NCBI GenBank assembly: GCA_965262995.1
Contig: OZ253574.1
Location: 994,513 to 1,058,512, forward strand
Reading direction: 5' to 3'
From: Leptonemataceae bacterium
Lineage (GTDB): Bacteria > Spirochaetota > Leptospiria > Leptospirales > Leptonemataceae
Length of the DNA: 64,000 nt
A model generated the notes under the pieces. The model searched no databases. It was not told where the DNA came from and saw only the letters and a program-made list of their open reading frames with translations. This document shows, piece by piece, positions 8,789 through 18,625 of this stretch (positions are counted from its first letter, which is position 1; every line of letters starts with the position of its first letter). Both the position numbers and the translations under genes were made by a program.

Positions 8789-9487
8789 ATGTATGAAAAA
8801 CTTAAAAGTAAATACCCTAGTCGGTCAGCCTTAAAACTACTTCACGCCTTAGATTTTTTTCGTAAAAAACATCATTTATCCATTAAAGAAAGAATTTGTA
8901 TAGATTTTGGATCTTCTCATGGGGGGTTTGTAAAAGTTTTATTAGATGAGGGGGCAAAAAAAGTTTATAGTGTTGATGTTGCTTATGGAATTTTAGATTA
9001 TAATTTACGCAAAAATGAAAAAGTGATTATCAAAGAACGGACAAATCTAAGAAACATTGATTTGACTTGGTTCTCACTTGAAGATCAAAAACTTATTGTA
9101 AATACTAACCTCTCAACCCCAGAATTTGAGTATGAGAAAGCTGATTTTAAGGAGTCTCAATGCAAAAACTTGGATTTTGATTTAAAGAGGGTTTTTCTGA
9201 CTTGCGATGTTTCTTTTATTTCAGCCAGTACTGTTCTAAATGTGTGGCAAAAATTTGTAACAAACTATTCAATTTCTTACGAGGCTCTAATCCTTATCAA
9301 GCCTCAATTTGAAGCCTCTACGCTAACACAAAAAGGTGTTATAACTGACATGCAAGTAAGAGAAGACATTATAGAAAACATCATTGCAAAGGCAAAAAAG
9401 CTAGATCTAAAGACAATAGAGGTTACCCCTGTAGAGCCGAAAGGAACTCACGGGAATCAAGAATACATGTTGTACTTAAAAAATTAA
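8789..9487 (+). CDS. TlyA/FtsJ-family rRNA 2'-O-methyltransferase-like protein (no S4 domain)
   Basis: 'RSALKLLHALDFF' and SAM motif 'IDFGSSHGGFVKVLLDEGAKKVYSVDV', as in TlyA. The N-terminal S4 RNA-binding domain is absent, and there is an internal insertion. Confidence 0.65.
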   Translation: MYEKLKSKYPSRSALKLLHALDFFRKKHHLSIKERICIDFGSSHGGFVKVLLDEGAKKVYSVDVAYGILDYNLRKNEKVIIKERTNLRNIDLTWFSLEDQKLIVNTNLSTPEFEYEKADFKESQCKNLDFDLKRVFLTCDVSFISASTVLNVWQKFVTNYSISYEALILIKPQFEASTLTQKGVITDMQVREDIIENIIAKAKKLDLKTIEVTPVEPKGTHGNQEYMLYLKN

Positions 9488-9518
9488 ATATTATAAAACG
9501 ACTGCTTTTTTCTGAATA

Positions 9519-10328
9519 TTATGCAAAAAGTTCAGACCAAGTTTTTTCTATATTCTGACTCTCCATAAATGAAGTTCCTATCAAAACAGCGTCTACAAGA
9601 TTCTCTACTTTAAGGTAATTTGATTTTTCTTCTATCCCCGATTCTGCCACTAGTATTGTATTCGGTAGATTTTTTTTTATGCTTGGAGATAATTCTAATG
9701 TAAGTTCCATATTCATTTTTAAAGTATCTAAATCTCTATGATTAATACCAATAATTTTTGGCTTCAAATTAAGTGCTATGTCCGCCTCCTTTGTATTATG
9801 AATTTCTACAAGTACAGCGAGACCTAATGTTGTAGCTAAAAGATATAACTCTGTAAGCTGGGCAGTAGACAGCATACTTACGATTAATAAGATAGCATGA
9901 GCACCTGCATGCTTTGCCTCATAAATTTGGAGGGGGTCAATGATAAAATCTTTACGCAAGATAGGTAAACCCGCCCTACTAGCTAGATGTATATCATTCA
10001 AATCGCCTTGGAAATATTTTTTATCCGTTAATACTGAAAGGGCTGAAGCCCCGCAATTTTTGTAAATAAGGGATAACTCTTCTGGATTATAATCAAAACG
10101 TAAAAGACCACGAGAAGGACTAGCCTTCTTACATTCTGCAATAACACGAGGCCATGGTTTTGCTTGAGAAACAGCAGATTGAGACTTAGATGAAATAGCT
10201 AGTTCAAAAACAGAACTTCTATCTTCAGAGGGACAATTATCTTTTAGGAAACGACTTTTAGCTTGGAGGCGACTAACTTCTTCTTTTTTGGTTGTATATA
10301 TTTCTTTAAGCAAAGACACACAAATCAA
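9519..10328 (-). CDS. trpC: indole-3-glycerol phosphate synthase
   Basis: 'VIAECKKASPSRG', 'SVLTDKKYFQG' and 'LRKDFIIDPLQI' signatures. Confidence 0.9.
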   Translation of the reverse strand: MICVSLLKEIYTTKKEEVSRLQAKSRFLKDNCPSEDRSSVFELAISSKSQSAVSQAKPWPRVIAECKKASPSRGLLRFDYNPEELSLIYKNCGASALSVLTDKKYFQGDLNDIHLASRAGLPILRKDFIIDPLQIYEAKHAGAHAILLIVSMLSTAQLTELYLLATTLGLAVLVEIHNTKEADIALNLKPKIIGINHRDLDTLKMNMELTLELSPSIKKNLPNTILVAESGIEEKSNYLKVENLVDAVLIGTSFMESQNIEKTWSELFA

Positions 10329-10663
10329 TGTATCGCTTCTTTTTCGGAATCATAAACATCAAATAAAGAGTTTAATTCAATAATTTCAAAAATTCTATTT
10401 ACTTCAGGTTGAATTTCGCAAATTCTAAAGCTACCACCCATTGAATTTAATTTACGAAGGGTAGCAATACAAGCTCTAAATCCAGAAGAACTCATGTACT
10501 CAACATGTTTTAAGTTAAGAACAATATCAACATTTCCAGAATCAATAAGCTTAGAAAGCTCATCTTCCACTTGAACAGAGGCGGTCAAATCTAAGCGCCC
10601 CATAGGATACACTATAAGATGCTTACCTTCTTTTTTTGTTTCTAAAACCATAAACGCCTCCAA
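10325..10663 (-). CDS. STAS-domain anti-sigma-factor antagonist (SpoIIAA/RsbV-like)
   Basis: 112 aa with STAS pattern '...LNLKHVEYMSSSGFRACI...' containing the phosphorylatable Ser region. Overlaps the trpC start by 4 nt. Confidence 0.75.
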   Translation of the reverse strand: MEAFMVLETKKEGKHLIVYPMGRLDLTASVQVEDELSKLIDSGNVDIVLNLKHVEYMSSSGFRACIATLRKLNSMGGSFRICEIQPEVNRIFEIIELNSLFDVYDSEKEAIH

Positions 10664-10881
10664 AACACCTAATAAAACAATACTGTAAGTATTCCATTTA
10701 CATGGACTTAAATATATAGATAAGTGTCAACTAAAAATGAAAGATAGTAACCAAAGGCCAACTTAAAGCTAACATTAATGATTAATAATAGACGATTTTT
10801 TAATCATTACTAATTAAAAGATTTCACAAAACAGAAAAAATAGGTACAAATTATATTTGCTAAAAAATATAATCGTAGACA

Positions 10882-12243
10882 TCAGATAATTTCAAAATAC
10901 CTTTCTAGTTCCCATTGCGTTATAGCTTCTTGATTTTTTTGCCATTCCCACAAGCGACTATTACCAAAATGTTCTATAAATTCTTTGCCAAACAAGGATA
11001 TGGCAACATCTGAATTCATCATAGCAATTGTTGCATCGTAAAGATTGCGATGTAATTTTACATGCCCGTCTTTTTCATAAGCATTTCCAACTATGGGTGC
11101 GTCTTTTAATTTCATTTTATTTTCTATCCCATAAAGGCCTGCGGCTAAGGTAGCAGCGACACCTAGGTAAGAATTAAAATCTGCACCACTAATACGTAAC
11201 TCAAGACGAGTTGATTTTTCTGAACCTGGAATAAAACGAAGGGCTGTAGTTCTATTTTCAACACCCCAAGTTAGTATTACTGGAGTCCAAAAACCCTCTA
11301 CTAAACGCTTATAGCTATTGATATTGGGGGTGAAAAAAGGCTGTAGAAAAGGCAAACAGTGGAGTAGGCCTGCAAGATATTGCTCAAAAAGAGGACTCAT
11401 CTTATAAGGATTTTTAGCATCATAAAATAAATTTGTTTTCCCATCCAAGTCAAGAAGGGACTGATGTATATGCCCACCGCAACCGGGTAAACTTCTAGAC
11501 CACTTTGCCATAAAACTAGGTAAAATTCCAAAACGATAGGCTATTTCTTTCACCGCGCCTTTAAGTAAAACCCCCCGGTCTGCCGCCTCTAATGGATCAC
11601 TAGCCGCTATCGCGGCTTCGTATACTCCCGGGCCTGTTTCTGTATGTAAGCCTTCAAGCGGAATTCTAAATTCAAGGAGCTCGTCAAATAGGGCATTAAA
11701 GAAATCTTTTTTATAGCTAGAACGAGAAATAGAATAACCAAACATGCCCGGAGTAATGGGTGTAGGATTAATAAAATTTTTTGCAATTAGGCTTTGCGGA
11801 GTTTCTTGGAAATTAAACCATTCATACTCAAGGCCTATTTTTGCTGTATAGCCCAGGGACTTTGTCTTTGCTATTTGCTTTTTTAAAACTTGGCGAGGGC
11901 ATATAGACAAGGGTTGATTTTTTGAATCAACAAATTCCCCTAAGAAAAAAGGAATGTTATTATCCCATGGAACTTTTCGATATGTATTTAAATCAATAAG
12001 GACTTGAGCATCGGGATAACCTGTGTGCCAACCCGTGTATTTCACATTATCATAACAAACGTCCGAAGAATCCCATCCAAAAACCACATTACAAAAACCA
12101 AAGGTGCCTTCTGCTATCGAGGCAAATTTTTCTTTAGATACAACTTTACCTCGTAATATCCCATCAATATCTGTAATAGCTAATCTTATCTTTTGAGAGT
12201 CTCCACCTATAACTTTGTTTAATATATCTTTATTAGTAGCCAC
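10882..12243 (-). CDS. glutamine synthetase family protein (GlnA/PuuA-like)
   Basis: 453 aa with 'GLHTETGPGVYEAAI' and 'PGCGGHIHQSL', equivalent to GS catalytic-domain motifs. Confidence 0.8.
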   Translation of the reverse strand: MATNKDILNKVIGGDSQKIRLAITDIDGILRGKVVSKEKFASIAEGTFGFCNVVFGWDSSDVCYDNVKYTGWHTGYPDAQVLIDLNTYRKVPWDNNIPFFLGEFVDSKNQPLSICPRQVLKKQIAKTKSLGYTAKIGLEYEWFNFQETPQSLIAKNFINPTPITPGMFGYSISRSSYKKDFFNALFDELLEFRIPLEGLHTETGPGVYEAAIAASDPLEAADRGVLLKGAVKEIAYRFGILPSFMAKWSRSLPGCGGHIHQSLLDLDGKTNLFYDAKNPYKMSPLFEQYLAGLLHCLPFLQPFFTPNINSYKRLVEGFWTPVILTWGVENRTTALRFIPGSEKSTRLELRISGADFNSYLGVAATLAAGLYGIENKMKLKDAPIVGNAYEKDGHVKLHRNLYDATIAMMNSDVAISLFGKEFIEHFGNSRLWEWQKNQEAITQWELERYFEII

Positions 12244-12533
12244 GATGCAAATTATTGTACCTATGACAAAAGATTATAGTACTTCGTAAAGCTAAATATA
12301 ACGTACATCCTAAAAACTTACTCACATCAATCAAATACAAAGTATAAGGAATGGAAAGCTCTTTTTACTTTAAGTAAACAAAGTCAAAAAAGCCCAATTC
12401 ACGCCATAATACTTATTTAGCAACACCTGATTCTTAAAAACATGTGAAAACATATAAAAATAATCTTTAAGGCTTAACTATATAAATAACCTTGATAACT
12501 AAGACAAGGTGCATCTACAGTTTTTCTAAAAAC

Positions 12534-14324
12534 TCAAATAGTGCTCAATAACAATTCCCGTGCATGTTCTATGACAATGGAACCATGCGTTTCGCCACCG
12601 AGCATTCGGGCTAGCTCTTTGAGCCTTTCATTTTCCTGAAGTTGATTAATTTGAGTATAGGCGCGGCCATCTAAATATTTTTTTACAACACAAAAATGAT
12701 GATGTGCTAATCTTGCTATTTGAGGTAAATGAGTAACCACGATAATTTGACTGTATTCTGATAACTCCTTCAAACGACTACCTATGGCATGGGCTATCTC
12801 TCCACCAACACCTGTATCTACTTCATCAAAAACTAGACTAGCTAAGGGGCGTTGTTTGAAAAAAATACTTTCAATAGCGAGGGAAATTCTAGATAATTCG
12901 CCACCACTAACAATTTTACGTAAGGGTCTTGGGGTCTCTCCAGGATTAGAAATTAAAAGAAACTCAACCCTATCATAACCTTTTTCATTTAAAGAATATT
13001 TATTATTCTTAGATTCTGTTATGGTCTCTCTATTGAATTTTTCTGAAGACGTATCATCACATATATCACTTTCTTGATTATATTTAATTTCTGTATTTAA
13101 TTCTACTTCTCTTTTTATATTTATTTTTATTTTAGCACCTGACATACCTAAGTGCTCTAGCTCTTGGATTAATTTTGCTTCGAGTTTAGGTATAGAGGCC
13201 CTACGCAAACGAGAAAGCTCCTCTGCTTTTTGATGTAGTACTTTATGAATTTCTTCTAATTCTTTTTCTAAGCGAAGAAGTTCATCTGTACTCATTTCAA
13301 TAGAACCTAGCTCATTCAAATACTTGTTTTTTGTATTTATAACTGTTTGCGTACTACCACCATATTTTTTATGTAAACGATGGTAGGAAGAAATTCGTTC
13401 ATTCAAGTCTTCCAAACGTTCAGGGGAAAATTTAAGTAAGTCTTTTTGATTTCTCAAATAATCTGCACTTGCTTCTAAAAGATAAGAGGCTTCTTGCATA
13501 TTCGCAATAAACTCTTGTGCTGAAGGAAGTAATTTTGCATAGGGTTCTAGCATTTGTACGACAGTATTTAATCTATCTAAAATAGCCTCCTCATCCTCGC
13601 GCAATAATTCATAACTATTACAGATATCTTGAAATAAACGCCCGCTATTTTGAATGAGAGCTTTCTCATTATTTAATTCTTCAAATTCTCCCATAATAGG
13701 ATTTAAATCTTCTATTTCATTAATACAAAAATGTAAAAACTCTCGCCTATTTTCACGCTCTTCACTTTCTAAATTTACATTTCTCAATCTTGTTTTAATA
13801 CTGGAGTAACGATGGTATACTTCTGAAAATTTATTAGATAATTCCTCTGTTTTTGAAAAATGATCTAGAAATTCAATATGACTTTCGGGTTCTAGAATAC
13901 GCTGATGTTCATGTTGCCCATGTATTTCTATAAGATGATTTGCAAGATTACGAATTTGCTGAAGGTTGCTAAGCTCCCCATTACAATAAATACGACTACG
14001 TCCTTCTGTAGTGATTTCGCGACGCAATTCTAAATAGGGGCTATTTAAATCCGCCTGATTGGGAATTAGCTTTTTGATTTCTGGATTATTAACTTCAAAG
14101 ACAGCCTCTATGGTAGCCTTATGGGCACCATTTCGCACAAGGCCATGAGCCGTCCTTGCACCAAGGACCACATCCAAAGCATTCATAACCAATGATTTGC
14201 CTGAACCTGTCTCACCTGTAATTATATTTAAACCTCGTCCAAGCCTAATTCTCTGTGTTTCTATGATTCCAAAGTTTTCTATTTTTAATTCTATCAACAT
14301 ACTAACCATAAAATTAGTATACAT
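12534..14324 (-). CDS. recN: DNA repair protein RecN
   Basis: Walker A 'GETGSGKS', long coiled-coil middle, signature 'SGGELSRISLA', Walker B 'LVFDEVDTGV'. Confidence 0.92.
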   Translation of the reverse strand: MYTNFMVSMLIELKIENFGIIETQRIRLGRGLNIITGETGSGKSLVMNALDVVLGARTAHGLVRNGAHKATIEAVFEVNNPEIKKLIPNQADLNSPYLELRREITTEGRSRIYCNGELSNLQQIRNLANHLIEIHGQHEHQRILEPESHIEFLDHFSKTEELSNKFSEVYHRYSSIKTRLRNVNLESEERENRREFLHFCINEIEDLNPIMGEFEELNNEKALIQNSGRLFQDICNSYELLREDEEAILDRLNTVVQMLEPYAKLLPSAQEFIANMQEASYLLEASADYLRNQKDLLKFSPERLEDLNERISSYHRLHKKYGGSTQTVINTKNKYLNELGSIEMSTDELLRLEKELEEIHKVLHQKAEELSRLRRASIPKLEAKLIQELEHLGMSGAKIKINIKREVELNTEIKYNQESDICDDTSSEKFNRETITESKNNKYSLNEKGYDRVEFLLISNPGETPRPLRKIVSGGELSRISLAIESIFFKQRPLASLVFDEVDTGVGGEIAHAIGSRLKELSEYSQIIVVTHLPQIARLAHHHFCVVKKYLDGRAYTQINQLQENERLKELARMLGGETHGSIVIEHARELLLSTI

Positions 14325-14374
14325 AAATTACGCAATCAAAAATTATGTTTTTAAGCAGAATATAGTGAATTTTT

Positions 14375-17300
14375 TTACGTTTTTGGGGCGGATGGCTCGG
14401 CGGGCGATTTAGATTTTTTCTCTTTATATTTTACAAACTCATCTAATCTGTTTTCCCACTTCTTTTTGTCCGTTAGCCAAAGACTCCATTCTTCATCACT
14501 AATAAATAAATTTACGTCGTCCTCTTTATTTTCGATAGCCTTTTCGATATGTTTATATTCGATATGTTTATACATAATAATTCCCTTGCGAGCAATATTA
14601 TAAGCCCCGTTGGCATCTGCATCACAAGGTAGGCCTTTCTCACTTTTTCGAGAATCAAAATGGTTTCCTTTTTCGTCTCTTACACAAGAAAGTAAGAAAT
14701 TATCATCTTGGTTTTGTTTAGGGTCGCCGGAATTTCTAATTTGCTGTATAAGCTCAATAGCAAAGCGAAGTGATTCCCAAGCTGTGTGTTCTGAAATTTT
14801 TGATAATTGGACACCCTTTTTATCCTCTTCAATTTGCATTTTTAGAGATTTTTCTTTATCAAAGTCCTCAAATAAACCTTTGAGCATTTGTTTTACATTA
14901 AAAAATTCTGGTTCATAAATACCTTGATCATTTTTTTTATTTCTATATCTCTCAAGAGCTTCACCGTTTTTACCAGACCATAGCCTCCAAGTCTTTTCTT
15001 GTTTGTCCTTATATTGAAAATAATAATCTCCGTTTTTATCAATAGCTATTTCTTCAAACGAGTCAAGAATCTGTTTTTTGATATTTTCTTCAGTTCCTGT
15101 TTTTAGATAAATCGTTTTGTACCAACCTGTAGCTGGGTCAGTAATAGAAGTATAATTTGCCCTTGTATAGAGCATGATTCCAAATTGCTTCTGATTTTCA
15201 ATGTCTTCAAATTTTTTTACAAGGGGAGTGAGTTGAAGGGCTTTGGAAACCGAGCCTATCCCCACTTTGGCATTTTTATCTACTAAAAAATTCAGCTTCT
15301 TGGCTAGGGCTAATTCAAATTTTTGATAAACATTTTTTTCAAATTTTTGACGACCTCTCTTAAAACCTTGGGTTAGACCCTCTAACACAATAAAGGTTGG
15401 CTTAAAATTGCCATTCTCATCTTTACATTTTTTAAGAATCTCATGTATTGCAAGTGAAATATAACCTTCTTTTAAAGGAGCAATTTTATCCTGTGACAGC
15501 CATTCTAATTTTTGCTGTTTTCTTTTATCTGCTCTGTCTTGAATACTTTCTCCATAATTTTTTCCATTGATGCTATCAAAATGCCCCTGTTCTTTTATAT
15601 TGCATTCTTTATCTACAAGAGAGTAATAGATAAGATGTTTTTCACCTCTATCTATTCCTAAAAATTGCACATCTTCTTTTAGAAAGGTTTCGTTTACGAG
15701 TTTATTGACTGGTTTAATATAATCCTTTGGGGTTTTTCCCGACACTTGGACATTGTCATAATTCAAGGATATAGGAAAATGAAATTGTATTTTTTCTTCT
15801 GTAAAACGTTTATTTTTTATTATATCATGTTTAAAAACACTAGCGATTTCCCCATCAGTACGGCGTTTAATAGGTTCGTTTTTGGGGTGTAGTGTAGTCT
15901 GAGGAAAAGCTACTTTATTTCTAAAAAATATTTTAGCATTAGCTTGAAGTTGTATATTACTATTTTCATGAAAAAGATTTTCAAAATATAAAGTTTGCAA
16001 ATTAGGAAAACTATTTTTACTTTTTACTCCACGATTTTTAGAAAAATCTTTGCTATAAATTTGAAATAAATAAAGATTCTTTTTCTCTATATTATTTAAT
16101 AATTCTTTCCAATTGATAGGTGTAAATTCACATTCATAACTTTCTTTTAAGATTTGATCTAAATCATTGTGAAATTCACTTTTGTCTGAATATTTTTTTT
16201 TAACAATACTATTCAGTTTTGGATACTTTTCAAGATAAGTTTTATTACCCGTTGTCATCTTATAATCACGGATAAAGTTTTGGGCTTTTTCTATAGCTTC
16301 TATATTATTTCTTTTAGACATATCTTGATATTTTTCACCGTAATAAGATATGAATCCCTTTCCTAAAACTGTTTTAGATGTTATATTTTTTAAAATGAGA
16401 CGACCTGCATTTTCGGTCGGAGATTGATAAATAGGATTACCTTCTTTTCCTGTATCAAAAATTTTTCGTTCTATTAAAATTCCGACAAAGTATTCATCAG
16501 ATTTTTTGATAATAACACTTCCTTTGATTTTTTCTTGTCCGTCAGGCCAGCCACCAAGTAAATTTGAATTTTCAAAATTAAGCTGTATCTTATTTTCTTT
16601 TGCATCATCTTGGGGCTTTTTTGTCAGATAATTTCTTATGGTATCATAAGCATTAGTCCAATGAATATCTTTGGGGCGTAAAATAGCATCTAGCATATTC
16701 GAAAACTCAGCATCTAAAGCACCGCCACTACTCTTTTTTATTTTTGACTCTGAAACATAAAATAACTTTACGGTTCTTACAATCTCAATACAGGCATCTA
16801 AAAATTCTTTGATTTTTAAGATATTTTCCTCTTTCTTAAAATCTTGCATTACAATAGCTTTTTTATTTTTTTGAAATTCGTTGAACTGTGCTTCTAAATC
16901 ACAACAGATAAGAGAAATGAGAGTTTTACTGGGCTTGTCTTCTGATTTTATTACGTCTTTGTACCTCTCATTTTCTAAAACACTATTTTTAAAAAAAGTC
17001 TGCGTCCAATCATTTTCTAGTTTTGAGGCCTCATCTATAATTTCAAATAAAATTGAAAGCTGAACCGTATCTTTGAATTCGAAGCCTTTCTTTTTTTTAT
17101 CGTAGCGGGCTATTTTTTTATATTTTTCTTTAGTGGCGTTTTCTAATTTATCTTTGCTTAAAAGAACATTTTTTACTTTTTCTGCGAGAGCTTGAAAGTT
17201 TGCTAAATACTTGTTCGATATTTTCGATAATGCCGATTTAGACCAATGCACGCTATCCCAATCTTGATTTGATGTGAGCCAGTTTATGAGAGTATGTGAG

Positions 17301-18472
17301 TTTGTTTTATCTTCGACAAATTCTGTATTAAAATAGTTATCACCCGCCTTAAAAATGTTTTCTAAAACACCTTCTACACTCAATACAGATGCAGTATTTT
17401 TGGGCTCTTTCTCTTCTTGTTGCTCTTTTGTGTCGTATTGAATGGCATCAAAAAGTGCTTTTTTATCCCCGCAACCAATCTGTTTGTATAAGGTTTTAAA
17501 ATAGAGTAGTTTACCTTTCTTTGCTTCTTTTGTAACCAGTTGTTGGTTGTATAAATTGATTACTAGATTATACCCTCCTATGATGCAATTGTATTTTTCT
17601 ATCTCTTTTTGAGAAAGACACTTCGAGAAATTATCTATATTAAATATCGCCTCTGAAATATCTTCTGATTCAATCATATCCCCCGAACGAGTATCTTTAA
17701 TTTGGGTTGTTTTACCTTTATCTTTGAGAGAAGTGCGGGCGAGTTTGTAAGAATCTTTATTTTTTTCAAACTGTACAGAGTTTGAGCAAAATTTGCGTAA
17801 ATTTTCATGCACGATACGAGTGGCTATAGCAGTTGCTTTTTCTTTTTCTGTTTCATAATAATTGTTTCTGTTTTGATTATAAGTTGCGAAATATCCCCAA
17901 AAACCTTTAAAAACACTTAAATGCCCGTTTTCGCCTGTATATTCAGCAGAGTTTTTTTCGCATAGCTTTGCTAATTCTTGTATGTTTTGTTTTAAATACT
18001 CGAGCAACCCAGCTTCAAATAATTTCTCTATCCCTATTTTTTTGAAGATAGCTTTTCCTTTCCCTTTGAGTTGTGGGTTTTTGGTAACTTCATCTGCTGC
18101 TATGGAATAGGTTTTGCCTATTTCTGTTCTTAATTTTTTTTCTATTGTTTCTAATTCTTTTTTAGCTTGGTCATTAGAGGCTTTGTATGTTTCATAATAC
18201 TCGTTGAAATTAATTTCCTTAGCCGCTTTTGATTCTAAACTCGCATCGATCACCTGTTCATGCACCTTATCTAAAATAGGCTTTAAATCATTGTAGGCCT
18301 TAGCTATTTTTTTATCTTGGGCGATTATTTCTTTGAGAGATTCTACCATTTCTTTAGAGCTTACAACATCTCCATTTTTGCCCACCAGCTTCAACTCAAA
18401 CCGTAAAGTCTTGCTCAAAGAATATACGTTTGTAAACTTATCCCATATACTTTTTTTGTTTGCTATACTCAT
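14375..18472 (-). CDS. cas12a: type V-A CRISPR effector Cas12a (Cpf1)
   Basis: 1365 aa. RuvC-I 'FLGIDRGEKHLIYYSL', RuvC-II 'FIVLEGLTQGFKRGRQKFEKNVYQKFE', RuvC-III 'LPCDADANGAYNIARKG'. WED/pre-crRNA RNase region 'LHPKNEP...HDIIKNKRFTEEKIQFHFPISLNY'. No HNH domain. Adjacent to an array whose repeat carries the Cas12a handle. SD AAAGGAG precedes the ATG. Confidence 0.95.
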   Translation of the reverse strand: MSIANKKSIWDKFTNVYSLSKTLRFELKLVGKNGDVVSSKEMVESLKEIIAQDKKIAKAYNDLKPILDKVHEQVIDASLESKAAKEINFNEYYETYKASNDQAKKELETIEKKLRTEIGKTYSIAADEVTKNPQLKGKGKAIFKKIGIEKLFEAGLLEYLKQNIQELAKLCEKNSAEYTGENGHLSVFKGFWGYFATYNQNRNNYYETEKEKATAIATRIVHENLRKFCSNSVQFEKNKDSYKLARTSLKDKGKTTQIKDTRSGDMIESEDISEAIFNIDNFSKCLSQKEIEKYNCIIGGYNLVINLYNQQLVTKEAKKGKLLYFKTLYKQIGCGDKKALFDAIQYDTKEQQEEKEPKNTASVLSVEGVLENIFKAGDNYFNTEFVEDKTNSHTLINWLTSNQDWDSVHWSKSALSKISNKYLANFQALAEKVKNVLLSKDKLENATKEKYKKIARYDKKKKGFEFKDTVQLSILFEIIDEASKLENDWTQTFFKNSVLENERYKDVIKSEDKPSKTLISLICCDLEAQFNEFQKNKKAIVMQDFKKEENILKIKEFLDACIEIVRTVKLFYVSESKIKKSSGGALDAEFSNMLDAILRPKDIHWTNAYDTIRNYLTKKPQDDAKENKIQLNFENSNLLGGWPDGQEKIKGSVIIKKSDEYFVGILIERKIFDTGKEGNPIYQSPTENAGRLILKNITSKTVLGKGFISYYGEKYQDMSKRNNIEAIEKAQNFIRDYKMTTGNKTYLEKYPKLNSIVKKKYSDKSEFHNDLDQILKESYECEFTPINWKELLNNIEKKNLYLFQIYSKDFSKNRGVKSKNSFPNLQTLYFENLFHENSNIQLQANAKIFFRNKVAFPQTTLHPKNEPIKRRTDGEIASVFKHDIIKNKRFTEEKIQFHFPISLNYDNVQVSGKTPKDYIKPVNKLVNETFLKEDVQFLGIDRGEKHLIYYSLVDKECNIKEQGHFDSINGKNYGESIQDRADKRKQQKLEWLSQDKIAPLKEGYISLAIHEILKKCKDENGNFKPTFIVLEGLTQGFKRGRQKFEKNVYQKFELALAKKLNFLVDKNAKVGIGSVSKALQLTPLVKKFEDIENQKQFGIMLYTRANYTSITDPATGWYKTIYLKTGTEENIKKQILDSFEEIAIDKNGDYYFQYKDKQEKTWRLWSGKNGEALERYRNKKNDQGIYEPEFFNVKQMLKGLFEDFDKEKSLKMQIEEDKKGVQLSKISEHTAWESLRFAIELIQQIRNSGDPKQNQDDNFLLSCVRDEKGNHFDSRKSEKGLPCDADANGAYNIARKGIIMYKHIEYKHIEKAIENKEDDVNLFISDEEWSLWLTDKKKWENRLDEFVKYKEKKSKSPAEPSAPKT

Positions 18473-18574
18473 TTTTTTCTCCTTTTTACTTCCCCCTAAC
18501 TTAATTTGGAATACTTACATTTATATTTTCTCGCACCATCATCATACCATACAAGAGAGGTGTGATATTTTAGA

Positions 18575-18603
18575 AATTTAGAAAACCTTTCTCACCTTGG
18601 CAA
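18575..18603 (-). promoter_or_regulatory. candidate sigma70-type promoter for cas12a, between the last repeat and the cas12a start
   Basis: Minus strand reads TTGCCA, a 17-nt spacer, then TAAATT, about 100 nt upstream of the ATG. Sequence inspection only. Confidence 0.3.
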
Positions 18604-18625
18604 GCGAATGAGACAACACTCTCCC

